Source: Vulcanimicrobiota bacterium (GTDB taxonomy: Bacteria > Vulcanimicrobiota > Vulcanimicrobiia > Eremiobacterales > Eremiobacteraceae). Taken from it: a stretch of 64,000 bases of DNA. Position 1 is the first letter of the stretch. Every line of letters begins with the position of its first letter. Both the position numbers and the translations under genes were made by a program. The stretch spans positions 832,001 to 896,000 of the forward strand of contig CAWETU010000001.1 in NCBI GenBank assembly GCA_963812135.1, written 5' to 3'. Below the pieces are notes generated by a model. The model was not told the DNA's origin and did not search any database. It was given only the letters and a program-made list of their open reading frames with translations. Shown here piece by piece: positions 19,071 to 28,876 of the stretch.

Positions 19071-19472
19071 ATGCCAGTGCATCCAGTCCACCACCTCGCC
19101 ATCGGCACCGATGCCCTCAAGGTGGCGAAGAAGTTCTACGACGTGCTGTTGCCGGCGCTCGGCTTCGACTTGGTGTTCGACAAGGACGACCATTTCGGAT
19201 ATCAGCGCGAAGGCTTCGAACTCGTCGTCTACAAGGCCGAGCGCACCGCCGACGACCTGTACGACGGCAAACGCCACGTCGGATTCGACCATCTGGCGCT
19301 CAACGCCGATTCTCGCGCGGTCGTCGACCAGTGCGCCGCGCAGCTCGACGAGCTCGGCGCTGAGATCGACGAGGCGCCGGCCGTGGTCAGCGAGCTCGGC
19401 GAGGATTATTACGCGATGTGGGTGCGGGACCCGAGCGGGTTGCGCATCGAGGTCGTCTACCAAGGAGCGTAA
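19071..19472 (+). CDS. VOC/glyoxalase family protein
   Basis: HHLAI, FYD, DHLAL, RDPSGLRIE. Confidence 0.88.
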   Translation: MPVHPVHHLAIGTDALKVAKKFYDVLLPALGFDLVFDKDDHFGYQREGFELVVYKAERTADDLYDGKRHVGFDHLALNADSRAVVDQCAAQLDELGAEIDEAPAVVSELGEDYYAMWVRDPSGLRIEVVYQGA

Positions 19473-19476
19473 CCCG

Positions 19477-20268
19477 ATCGCGCAGCGCGCATACCGCTAC
19501 GTCCCTGTCATCGTCGCCAGCTACGACGTCGTCTACGGCCAACTGCGCAAAGACGACGTCGAGTTCTATGTGGACCTCGCGATGCACGCGCGTGGTCCGG
19601 TGCTCGAGCTCGGCTGCGGCACCGGTCGCATCCTCATCCCCTCCGCGGCTGCCGGCGCGAACATCACCGGTCTCGATCTCTCTCCCCTCATGCTCGACGC
19701 ATGCCGGCGCAAGGTCGCCGCGCTGCCGCCTGAGGTGGCGGTGCGGATCGAACTGATCGAAGACTCGATGACCGCGTTTGATCTCGGGCGGCGCTTCGCG
19801 CTCGTCACGATCCCGTTCCGCGCGTTTTCCCACCTCATCACCGTGGACGAACAGCTCGCATGCTTGGCGAGCGTGCGCCGCCATCTGGCAGAGGACGGCG
19901 AGCTCGTTTTTGACGTCTTCCAGCCGCGCTTGGACTTCATGCTCGACCCGCGCAGCGCGGACGAGGCGGAAGATGTGCCCGAATCGCCGTTGCCGGACGG
20001 TCGGACCGTGCGGCGCACTGCACGGCGGACGCAGTGGCATCCATCGGAGCAGACGTTCCAGGTCGAGTTCAACTACTATATAAAGGATGAGAGCGGCAAC
20101 GTCGAGCGTCTGCAAGAGACGTTCCCGTTCCGTTACTACTTCCGGTTCGAATTAGAGCACCTGCTCGCGCGTGCCGGCTTTGAGGTCGCCGCGCTCTATG
20201 GCTGGTACGATAAGTCGGCGCTGACGGACGAGCCTCACGAGATGATCTTCACCGCTCGCCCAAAGTAG
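19477..20268 (+). CDS. Class I SAM-dependent methyltransferase (start uncertain, possibly ATC)
   Basis: VLELGCGTGR, GLDLS, LVFD; RBS AAGGAG precedes ATC 19477. Confidence 0.85.
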   Translation: MAQRAYRYVPVIVASYDVVYGQLRKDDVEFYVDLAMHARGPVLELGCGTGRILIPSAAAGANITGLDLSPLMLDACRRKVAALPPEVAVRIELIEDSMTAFDLGRRFALVTIPFRAFSHLITVDEQLACLASVRRHLAEDGELVFDVFQPRLDFMLDPRSADEAEDVPESPLPDGRTVRRTARRTQWHPSEQTFQVEFNYYIKDESGNVERLQETFPFRYYFRFELEHLLARAGFEVAALYGWYDKSALTDEPHEMIFTARPK

Positions 20269-20288
20269 CGGTCGAATTTATTCGACCG
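20265..20288 (+). repeat. REP family 1 copy overlapping a stop codon
   Basis: GTAGCGGTCGAATTTATTCGACCG. Confidence 0.85.
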
Positions 20289-20302
20289 AGGGAGGACTCG
20301 AT

Positions 20303-21487
20303 ATGTTCGGACGTGTCTGCGCTATCATCGCCTTAGCGCTGCTTCAAGGGACGCCGGCATTCGCAGCGGGATCCGACGAGGCGCTGCGCGCCGCCATGCA
20401 GCAGTCGCTCAGCAACTACGTCACGACCTACGCGAAATCCGAACATATCTCTGCCGCGTCGCTCTCGGTCAGCCTGCCGGGCGAATCGCAGAACATCAAC
20501 CTCACTGCCGGGCGAAGGTCGTGGCAGAGCGGTGGCCCCGTCGCCACCGACGACCTTTGGCAGATCGGGAGCAACACCAAAGCATTCACCGCCGCAGCGC
20601 TTCTGCAACTCGAAGCGGAGGGCAAGCTCACGATCGATCAGACCGTCGGCGACTGGTTGCCGCAATACCCGGCGTGGAAGAACGTCACGATTCGCAGGCT
20701 GCTGGACATGACGAGCGGCATCCAAGGCTACGACAACGTTCCCGCGATGTCCGAGGCGTGGACCACCATTGACCGCCGCTTCACGCCCGAGCAGCTCGTG
20801 GGATTCGCCGATCCGATCTATCCCAACGCGCCGAAACCGACGCATGGCTGGAATTACTCGAACACCAACTACATGCTGGCCGGCATGATCATCGAGCGCG
20901 CCAGTGGACATTCGTACGGCGACGAGATCAAGCGCCGCTTCTTCGTACCGCTCGGCCTGACGAACACATTCTATAGCCCGAACGTCTACCCGAAGTCCGT
21001 GACCGATCGCATGGTTTCCGGTTATTGGGCGAACACGGGACCCGGCAACGAGGCGTTGGCGCACTTCCTTAATAAAGACATGCGGCTCTCCGACATGTCG
21101 TGGGCGGGCGCCGCGGGCGGCATCGTCTCGACGCCGGAAGACGTGACGCGCTGGGTCCGCGCGCTCTACAAAGGCGACCTGCTCGCGGCGAAGCAGCGGC
21201 GCGAGCTGATGACCATCGTCTCCGTCAAAACCGGGCAGCCGATAGCCGTCACATCCGTCTCCGACCCGCAAGGCTTTGGGCTGGGCGTCGGCCAGGGCAC
21301 CAGACCAAAGCTCGGGACGTACTGGTACTATCAGGGGGAGACCCTAGGGTACCGCATGGTCTATGCCTGGTTCCCGACAAGCGATGTCGTCCTGGCAGTG
21401 GGCGTCAACAGCCAGCCGACCGATAACCATATCGGGGACCTCTTAGAAGGCCTTTGGACCGCCCTGCATCGTTATGGAAAAGTATAG
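20303..21487 (+). CDS. Secreted serine hydrolase, beta-lactamase/D-Ala-D-Ala carboxypeptidase family
   Basis: Signal peptide; SxxK (SNTK), YSN. Confidence 0.9.
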   Translation: MFGRVCAIIALALLQGTPAFAAGSDEALRAAMQQSLSNYVTTYAKSEHISAASLSVSLPGESQNINLTAGRRSWQSGGPVATDDLWQIGSNTKAFTAAALLQLEAEGKLTIDQTVGDWLPQYPAWKNVTIRRLLDMTSGIQGYDNVPAMSEAWTTIDRRFTPEQLVGFADPIYPNAPKPTHGWNYSNTNYMLAGMIIERASGHSYGDEIKRRFFVPLGLTNTFYSPNVYPKSVTDRMVSGYWANTGPGNEALAHFLNKDMRLSDMSWAGAAGGIVSTPEDVTRWVRALYKGDLLAAKQRRELMTIVSVKTGQPIAVTSVSDPQGFGLGVGQGTRPKLGTYWYYQGETLGYRMVYAWFPTSDVVLAVGVNSQPTDNHIGDLLEGLWTALHRYGKV

Positions 21488-21513
21488 GGGGCGTTCAAAA
21501 GGGGGGTGGATAT

Positions 21514-21606
21514 ATGGCTCTCTGGCAGATCATACTCGTCGTCGTCTTGGTCATCGGACTTGTCGGTTTGTTCATCGCCCGCGCGAACGAGAAGAAAAAA
21601 GCCTAA
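21514..21606 (+). CDS. Small single-pass membrane protein (30 aa)
   Basis: MALWQIILVVVLVIGLVGLFIARANEKKKA; G-rich RBS; GC3-rich codons. Confidence 0.6.
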   Translation: MALWQIILVVVLVIGLVGLFIARANEKKKA

Positions 21607-21612
21607 GAACGC

Positions 21613-23448
21613 CTAGGTGGCGGCTGCAGCGCGTTGGCGCGCGGCCGTCTTGGATTTGCGGCGGCCGTCTTCGGTCAAGACGCGCTTGCGCAAGCGTATC
21701 GATTTCGGAGTGACCTCGACCAGCTCGTCGTCTTCGATGAACTCGAGCGCGCGCTCCAGTGACATCGGTTCGGGCGGCGGCAGGTTCGGCGCGTCGTCGG
21801 AACCCGACGCGCGCATGTTCGTCAGTTTCTTGGCTTTACAGACGTTAACGGTGATGTCGTCGTCGGTCTTGCCGCGGCCGACGATCATGCCCTCATACAC
21901 CTCCGTCTGCGGCGCGATGAAGAACGCACCGCGTGCCTGGAGGTTGTCGAGCGCATAGGCTGTCGCGAGGCCGGTTTCCGCGCTCACGAGCACCCCGGTG
22001 CTGCGGCCCGGGATCTCGCCGGCCAGCGGCTGGTGATCGTAATACGTGTGGTTGATGACGGCGGTGCCGCGCGTGAGCGTGAGCAGCTCGTTGCGCAGTC
22101 CGAATAGCGCGCGCGTCGGCATCGTGTACTCAAGCCTTTGTTGCGATCCGTAGCCCACCATGTTGAGCATCTGCGCGCGCCTGCGTCCTAGCGACTCGAT
22201 GACCGAGCCCGCATACGCCTCGGCGACGTCGACGACCACATATTCCACCGGTTCCATGCGCTGGCCGTCGCGCTCGATCACGATCACCTGCGGTTTGGAG
22301 ACTCCGAGTTCGTAGCCTTCGCGACGCATCGTCTCGATAAGCACCGAGAGGTGGAGCTCACCGCGCCCAGACACGTGAAACGTGTCAGGCGACGCCGTCG
22401 GCTCGACCCGCAACGCGACATTGCTCTCGAGCTCGCGCTCGAGCCGCTCTTTGAGATGCCGGCTGGTAAGATATTTCCCCTCGCGCCCCGCGAACGGCGA
22501 CGTGTTGACGACGAAGTCGACCGAGACGGTCGGTTCATCCACCAGCACCGCGTCCACCGCCTCCGGCTGATTCGCGTCAGCCAAAGTCTCGGCGATGTTG
22601 ACCTCTTCGACGCCTGAGAGCGCGATGATGTCGCCGGCGCGCGCCTCGGCGAGCTCGCGCCGCTGCAAACCGTAGAACTCGAAGATCTTCGTCACGCGAT
22701 GCGTGGTGCGTTCGGCACCACGGATGCGCACGATCGGATCGCCCGGCCGGATCACGCCGCGGAACAGCCGGCCGATCGCGATGCGCCCGACATATTCGTT
22801 GTGGTCGATGTTCGAGACCAACATCTGGAACGGGCCTTCATCGTCGCCGGGCGGCTCGGGCACATTCGTGATGATGGATTCCATGAGCGGCCGCAGGTCG
22901 GTCCCCGGCGATGCGAGATCGCGCGTGGCGGTGCCGGCGCGCGCGTTCGTATAGATGACCGGGAAATCGAGCTGATGGTCGGCGCAACCGATGTCGATGA
23001 ACAATGCGAGCACTTCGTCGAGCACTTCGACGGGGCGCGCGTCCTTGCGGTCGATCTTGTTGATGACCGTGACCACCGGCAAGTCTTGCTCGAGCGCCTT
23101 GCGCAGCACGAAGCGCGTCTGCGGCAGCGGCCCCTCCGCCGCGTCGACCAGCAGGAGCACGCCGTTGACCATCTGCAACACGCGTTCGACTTCGCCGCCG
23201 AAATCCGCGTGGCCGGGGGTATCGACGATGTTGATCTTGACGTCGCCCCACACGATGCCGGTGTTCTTGGCGAGAATGGTGATGCCGCGTTCGCGCTCGA
23301 TCGGATTGGAGTCCATGACGAGGTCGCCAGCCGCCGACGGATCGCGGAACACGCCGGCCTGGCGCAGCATAGCATCGACCAACGTCGTCTTGCCGTGGTC
23401 GACGTGAGCGACGATCGCGATATTACGGACATCAGGACGTGTGTGCAC
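21613..23448 (-). CDS. typA: Translational GTPase TypA/BipA
   Basis: AHVDHGKTT, ERERGITI, DTPGHADFGGE, GRGELHL, LTNMRASG. Confidence 0.97.
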   Translation of the reverse strand: MHTRPDVRNIAIVAHVDHGKTTLVDAMLRQAGVFRDPSAAGDLVMDSNPIERERGITILAKNTGIVWGDVKINIVDTPGHADFGGEVERVLQMVNGVLLLVDAAEGPLPQTRFVLRKALEQDLPVVTVINKIDRKDARPVEVLDEVLALFIDIGCADHQLDFPVIYTNARAGTATRDLASPGTDLRPLMESIITNVPEPPGDDEGPFQMLVSNIDHNEYVGRIAIGRLFRGVIRPGDPIVRIRGAERTTHRVTKIFEFYGLQRRELAEARAGDIIALSGVEEVNIAETLADANQPEAVDAVLVDEPTVSVDFVVNTSPFAGREGKYLTSRHLKERLERELESNVALRVEPTASPDTFHVSGRGELHLSVLIETMRREGYELGVSKPQVIVIERDGQRMEPVEYVVVDVAEAYAGSVIESLGRRRAQMLNMVGYGSQQRLEYTMPTRALFGLRNELLTLTRGTAVINHTYYDHQPLAGEIPGRSTGVLVSAETGLATAYALDNLQARGAFFIAPQTEVYEGMIVGRGKTDDDITVNVCKAKKLTNMRASGSDDAPNLPPPEPMSLERALEFIEDDELVEVTPKSIRLRKRVLTEDGRRKSKTAARQRAAAAT

Positions 23449-23542
23449 ATCTCATTATACCACCGAGCGTGGCCCGATGCCTGGTCGCAAGACGCGCGAT
23501 GCGCAGGCGGCATGAGACGTTTGACCGAACACGCCGCGTGCC

Positions 23543-24286
23543 ATGAACGACTCAGAGTTTTCTGACGGTGATAGTCCCGCGCGCCAAGAGCGATCGCACC
23601 CGGTTCCCGCTGACATCGCGAAGGACGTCGATCCGAACTACGACCCCGATCAAGATCCGACAGTCCGTTCGTTCGGCGTGATGGGCGCGTCCGGCGGCGA
23701 GTTGCCGCCCGAGGTGCGGGTCAGAGCGTTCAATATCGGACGCGCGATCGCGCAGGCAGGCTGCGTCACCGTCACCGGCGCATGTCCGGGCTTGCCGTAC
23801 GACGCGGCGCGCGGCGCGCAGTCCGAAGGCGGTCTGTCGATCGGCATCTCGCCAGGATTGTCGCGCAGCGAGCACGTCAAACACTACGAGTCACCCGTCG
23901 ACGCCTACGACGTCATCATCTACACGGGCAGCGGCTTGATGGGCCGCGAGGTGCACAACATCCACTCGTCCGACATCATCATCATCGTCGGCGGCCGCTC
24001 GGGCACGCTCGGCGAGTTCTGCATCGCGTTCGACGAGGGCAAGCTGATCGGCGTGTTGGAAGGATCTGGCGGCATCGCCGACGCGTTGCCCGAGATCGTT
24101 CCCGACCTCGGCAAGCGCACGGGAGCCGTCATCATCTACGACCGCGATCCGCACAAGCTCGTGGAGCGCTGCATCGTCGAATACCGTACGTCGCATTTCC
24201 GCCATCCGTCGACATTCGTCGAGGCGGTGCCAGCAGAGGATGGGCAATGGCCCGAATCACCTTCATCGGCGCCGCAGGCGTCGTAA
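23543..24286 (+). CDS. LOG/SLOG family nucleotide-binding protein
   Basis: GVMGAS, VTGACPG, GGRSGTLGE. Confidence 0.8.
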   Translation: MNDSEFSDGDSPARQERSHPVPADIAKDVDPNYDPDQDPTVRSFGVMGASGGELPPEVRVRAFNIGRAIAQAGCVTVTGACPGLPYDAARGAQSEGGLSIGISPGLSRSEHVKHYESPVDAYDVIIYTGSGLMGREVHNIHSSDIIIIVGGRSGTLGEFCIAFDEGKLIGVLEGSGGIADALPEIVPDLGKRTGAVIIYDRDPHKLVERCIVEYRTSHFRHPSTFVEAVPAEDGQWPESPSSAPQAS

Positions 24287-25611
24287 CCGGCAGCAAACAC
24301 CTCGTCGAGACCGATTCGGGCGCGCGCGTGCTGCTCGACTGCGGCATGTTCCAGGGTCTGCCCGAACTCACGCAGCGCAACTGGACGCCGCCGCCCGTCG
24401 ATCCGAAGACGCTCGACGCCGTGCTGCTCTCGCACGCGCACTTGGATCACTGCGGCTATTTGCCGGCGCTCACGCAGCAAGGCTTCACCGGACCCGTTTA
24501 TACCACGGCTGCGACCGCGGAGGTCGCGACGCTCGTGCTGCGAGACTCGGCCGGCTTGCAAGAGGACGAAGCCGCGCGCGCCGCGCGCCATCCCGAACGC
24601 GGCTTGCATACCAAGCCGCTGTACACGGATGATGACGTCACCGCCGTGACCAAGCTGTTCAAGACGGTCGCGTATCTCGAGAACCGCACGGATATCGCCG
24701 GCTGTCGCTTCTGCCTCGTCGACGCCGGGCACATCCTCGGTTCGGCGATCATCCAGCTCTGGTTCGCTGAGGGCAAGCTGACGTTCTCGGGAGACATCGG
24801 ACGCTACGGGCGCCCGCTGCTCAACGATCCGACGCCGGTGGCGGAGAGCACGATCGTGCTCTGCGAGTCGACCTATGGCAATCGCGTCCATCCGCCCGAC
24901 GATCCGAAGGACGATCTTGGCGTCGTCATCAACGCGGCGTACAAGCGCAATGGCGTGCTCGTCATCCCTGCGTTCGCGATCGGCCGGACGCAGGAGCTGC
25001 TCTACGCGATCGGCCAGCTGCAGCGCGCCGGCACGATTCCGCAGCTCGACATCTACGTCGACAGCCCGATGGGCATCGAAGCGAACCAGATCATGGCACG
25101 CCATCCCGAAGCGATGCGCATCAACCTTACTACGCTGTTCGGCGCACAGGCGGACAGCATGGGCGCGCAGCGCGTCACCATGGTGTCGTCGGTCGACCAG
25201 TCCAAAGCGCTGAACAACATCGCGTCAAAAGCGATCATCATCGCCTCGAGCGGCATGGCGACCGGCGGTCGCGTCCAGCATCACCTGCGCAATCGCTTGC
25301 CGCGCGCGAACGACACGGTGTTGTTCGTGGGGTTCGAGTCGCCCGGTACGCCCGGCAACGCGCTGCTCAACGGCGCGAAGACGCTCAAGATCATGGGCGT
25401 GCCGGTTCCCGTGCATGCGACCGTCACCCACATCGACGGCTTCTCAGCGCACGCCGACAAGAACGAGCTGCTGCGCTGGTTCGGCGGCTTCACGGACAAG
25501 CCGCAGGTCTATCTCGTCCACGCCGATCCGGCCGCGGCCGAAGCGCTCGCGGCGGCCGTGGCGCAGAAGTACGGTTTCCCGACGCAGGTGGCAAAGGCGG
25601 CGAAGTCGTGA
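24247..25611 (+). CDS. MBL-fold beta-CASP ribonuclease
   Basis: VTGS, LDCG, SHAHLDH, AGHILGS, ESTYG, FSAHAD, VH; extreme C-terminus may be affected by an indel. Confidence 0.92.
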   Translation: MARITFIGAAGVVTGSKHLVETDSGARVLLDCGMFQGLPELTQRNWTPPPVDPKTLDAVLLSHAHLDHCGYLPALTQQGFTGPVYTTAATAEVATLVLRDSAGLQEDEAARAARHPERGLHTKPLYTDDDVTAVTKLFKTVAYLENRTDIAGCRFCLVDAGHILGSAIIQLWFAEGKLTFSGDIGRYGRPLLNDPTPVAESTIVLCESTYGNRVHPPDDPKDDLGVVINAAYKRNGVLVIPAFAIGRTQELLYAIGQLQRAGTIPQLDIYVDSPMGIEANQIMARHPEAMRINLTTLFGAQADSMGAQRVTMVSSVDQSKALNNIASKAIIIASSGMATGGRVQHHLRNRLPRANDTVLFVGFESPGTPGNALLNGAKTLKIMGVPVPVHATVTHIDGFSAHADKNELLRWFGGFTDKPQVYLVHADPAAAEALAAAVAQKYGFPTQVAKAAKS

Positions 25612-25616
25612 CCATA

Positions 25617-26054
25617 GTGCGCGAGCGCTTCACGCCGGTCGACGGGCACTGGGAACGGCGCGTGGTCGAAAGCTTCGCGCGACCAGGGCACCATGACTCT
25701 CTAGGCGCGCGCATCCTTCATCTAAAGCCCGGCGTGTGCTCAATCGGCGACGCCTATCGGCCCGCACTTTCGCAGCAGACGGGTTTTTCCCGCAGGCGTC
25801 ACGAGCGGGTCGCGGATGCGCAGGAGCTACGCTGCGCCGACGCTTTTCGATTTCGCTTCAGAAGTGCTGACGGTGGAGTTCGCCATCAACCTTTTGGCGC
25901 CGTGCTCTGCGACGAGCTCGTCGCCTATGGCCAAGTCATACGGTCCGGCAAGACGATCAGCGTATGCAGGGTGGACGTTGAAGCGATCAAGGGCGGCAAG
26001 ACCACAGTGTGTGCCCTGCTGCAGCAGACGCTGATGCGGGTGGATATCCCCTAG
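25617..26054 (+). pseudogene. PaaI-family thioesterase, several frameshifts
   Basis: ESFAR, LSQQ, EVLTVEFAINLLAP and VIRSGKTISVC lie in different frames. Confidence 0.75.
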
Positions 26055-27052
26055 CCGCTTGAGCGGTGCAGGTGTTGCTCGACGATCTTGTGCGCCGCAG
26101 CGCGCGGGTCCAGCTCGCGCGCGAGCACGGCAGCGAGCACTTGTTCCATCGAGCCGTCGCGCGACAACTCAGCGCTGACGTACTCGCCCACGTGCCGCTG
26201 CACCGCCTCGATGACTTCTTCGCGCAAATGGTCGTGCGAACGTCCCATACGTTGGTCTGCTTCAAGCACGACCTCGTGTTGCAGGCATGCTTGCCACAAC
26301 GCCTCGACGCCTTGTCCAGTCGTCCCGATCGTCTCCAACACCGGCGGCTTCCAACGCCGGCGCCGTTCTTCCGAGCCGCCGAGCGTCAGCATCGATTTAA
26401 GATCGGAAACGGCTTGATGCGCGCCCGGCCTGTCCGCCATGTTCACGACGAACACGTCGGCGATCTCCAACAAGCCGGCCTTGATGGTCTGCACGCCATC
26501 GCCAAGACCCGGCACCGTCACGACGATGATCGTGTCGGCGACCTTGACCACCTCAAGCTCGATCTGTCCGACGCCGACCGTTTCGACGATCACGACGTCG
26601 CGGCCCGATGCGTCCATCGCGCGCACGACGTCGCGCGTCGCGGGCGCGAGCCCACCTGAGTTTTTGCGCGAGGCCATGCTGCGGATGAAGACGCCGGTGT
26701 CGCCGGCATGGCGTTGCATGCGCACGCGATCGCCCAGCACCGCGCCGCCCGTGAACGGACTCGAGGGGTCGACCGCGACGATGCCGACCGTGAGCCCGCT
26801 CTTGCGGATGACGGCGGCGAGTCCATCGACCAGCGTGCTCTTACCGGAGCCCGGCGGGCCGGTCACGCCGATGATGTGCGCGTGTCCGGTGCGCGGATAC
26901 AGCGTGGCGACGAGCGCCGCGGCGGCTTCGTCGTCATTTTCGATGAGTGTGATCGCACGCGCTAACGCCCGCCAATCGCCGGAGAGCACCCGTTCCGCGA
27001 GTTCGACTCCCCGAGTTTTCGCGCTCCGCGCTGTACTGGTCCCGGATTGCAT
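26051..27052 (-). CDS. meaB: Methylmalonyl-CoA mutase-associated GTPase MeaB
   Basis: GVTGPPGSGKST, VDPSSPFTGGAVLGDRVRM, ETVGVGQ, KAGLLEIAD. Confidence 0.93.
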   Translation of the reverse strand: MQSGTSTARSAKTRGVELAERVLSGDWRALARAITLIENDDEAAAALVATLYPRTGHAHIIGVTGPPGSGKSTLVDGLAAVIRKSGLTVGIVAVDPSSPFTGGAVLGDRVRMQRHAGDTGVFIRSMASRKNSGGLAPATRDVVRAMDASGRDVVIVETVGVGQIELEVVKVADTIIVVTVPGLGDGVQTIKAGLLEIADVFVVNMADRPGAHQAVSDLKSMLTLGGSEERRRRWKPPVLETIGTTGQGVEALWQACLQHEVVLEADQRMGRSHDHLREEVIEAVQRHVGEYVSAELSRDGSMEQVLAAVLARELDPRAAAHKIVEQHLHRSSG

Positions 27053-27110
27053 GTGCATTTTGTTTCCCGCACCCACTAGGGGTCGCCTGCGATGCATCGA
27101 AGCGCCGCCC

Positions 27111-27893
27111 ATGTCCGCTCTGCGTCTGCGATGCATACTGACCGGTGTTCTCATGCTCGTCGCGATGACGCTTGTGACGCCGGCGCGTGCTGCGGGCTGC
27201 CCACTCTCGGTCGTCGAGCTCAATGTCACGGGGCACGGCACAGCTCGCGGTCTCGTGCGCTATTGGGTGTGGCTCTACGCGGATCCGGGCGGTGAACCAT
27301 TGGCTGCGATGTTGCGTGTGAGTTCGCATCGCCATCTCGATCCCGAAACGGTCTGGGTGCCGGTCATCAACTTTCGGGCGCCCCAGAGTTACGCCGGCGT
27401 CGTCTTCTATTGGCCGAATCAAGACCCGACATGGATCACCGTCGATCACGTCGTTCGCTTTTTGGACGGAAGCACCGTGCAATGCGACGATGAATCGTTA
27501 AGGATCGAGGAGGTCTCCACGACGCCTTTCGACGACAGCAAGGTTGTCACGTCAAACCCTGTCATCGGGCATTCGAGCTATTTCCCGAACATCACATCGG
27601 TGGTCAATCCAACACCGCCGACATCGGATGCTGTTACGGGTGCCCTCGGAACGGTTGTGCTTCGCATATCGGTGCGCGGTGTGGAACACCCCGAATCCAT
27701 CGCCGTCGTGCGCAGTTCGGGCGACAAGGCGATCGACGATGCGGCGAAGGCGGCGGCAACGGCAAGTGTTTTCTCCTCGCTTGAGATCGACGGCGTGCCC
27801 GTTACCGGCGAGTACACGCTCACGTACCGTTTCGCGGGCGCGAAGACGTACGTTAACGTGAAACCGGAGGGGCTTCTCGGGGAGTATGAGTGA
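27111..27893 (+). CDS. Exported protein with a TonB C-terminal domain
   Basis: Signal peptide; GTVVLRISV..VVRSSGDKAIDDAA..DGVPV. Confidence 0.7.
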   Translation: MSALRLRCILTGVLMLVAMTLVTPARAAGCPLSVVELNVTGHGTARGLVRYWVWLYADPGGEPLAAMLRVSSHRHLDPETVWVPVINFRAPQSYAGVVFYWPNQDPTWITVDHVVRFLDGSTVQCDDESLRIEEVSTTPFDDSKVVTSNPVIGHSSYFPNITSVVNPTPPTSDAVTGALGTVVLRISVRGVEHPESIAVVRSSGDKAIDDAAKAAATASVFSSLEIDGVPVTGEYTLTYRFAGAKTYVNVKPEGLLGEYE

Positions 27894-28841
27894 GCCGCAC
27901 GCTGCGGATTTCCGTACGTAAACCATTTTCCGTGTTCGCGACCGCCATCTCGCACGGTTGGTATCAGACGATGCCCTTTCGGCTGGATCCAAAGCGCGGC
28001 GTGCTGCAGCGCGCTGAGCAACTGATGGATGGCAGCGTCGTTTTGCTTGAGATGTGGGATGAGCCTTCGAGCTCGGCGCGGCTATCGCGACGCGGTCGTC
28101 AAGGTGATCGGTGAGCGCGCCGGCGATCCCGGCGTCGCGCAAGAGATGGCGCGGCGTGCCACGGTCATGCTGCACCTCGACGAAGATCTGCGCGGTTTTT
28201 ACAAGCTCGCGCGCGAGCGCCGCGACCTCGCGCACGTGATCGAGCACGGCGCGGGCAGAGTCATGCGCGCGTCGACGTTATGGGAAGACGTCGTCAAAAC
28301 GGTGCTCGGCACGAACGTGCTCTGGAGCCAGGCTGTCGCCATGATCAACCGGGTCGCCGAGCTTGGCGATCCGTACCCTGACGATCCGACCATGCGAGCC
28401 TGGCCGGGGCCATGGCGGGTCGCGCGCGTCGGTGAGCGCCATCTTCGCGACGTCGTCCGCGCCGGCTACCGCGCGCCCTACATCATCGAGCTCGCGCAAG
28501 CGCAGAATTCCGGCGAGCTCGACCTCGCGTCGATCGAGGCGCAATCGAAGACCGACGAGTCAGACGTTCTCTACAAGAAGCTGCTGGCGCTCAAAGGCGT
28601 CGGCAAGTCGTCGGCCCATTTCCTGATGAATCTGCTTGGCCACTACGACCACATCGCGGTGGATAGCGCGACGTATGCGTACGCCAAGCGCGCGCTCTTC
28701 CGTGGCAAGCGGCCGACCGAGAAGCAGATCAGAAAACGCTTCGCGGAATTCGGCCGTTGGCAGTCGCTGGTCTATTGGTTCGGCCGTTGGGCGATGAAGC
28801 CGGAGTGGTGGGAAGACGCGAGCGGCAGGGCGTCGATGTGA
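27890..28841 (+). pseudogene. HhH-GPD DNA glycosylase (AlkA/Ogg-like), frameshift near 28070
   Basis: SHGW N-terminal part and GYRAPYI..LKGVG..IAVD C-terminal part lie in adjacent frames. Confidence 0.8.
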
Positions 28842-28876
28842 CTCCAGAGTACACGGCTAGGATGGGGAGTCGCAGC

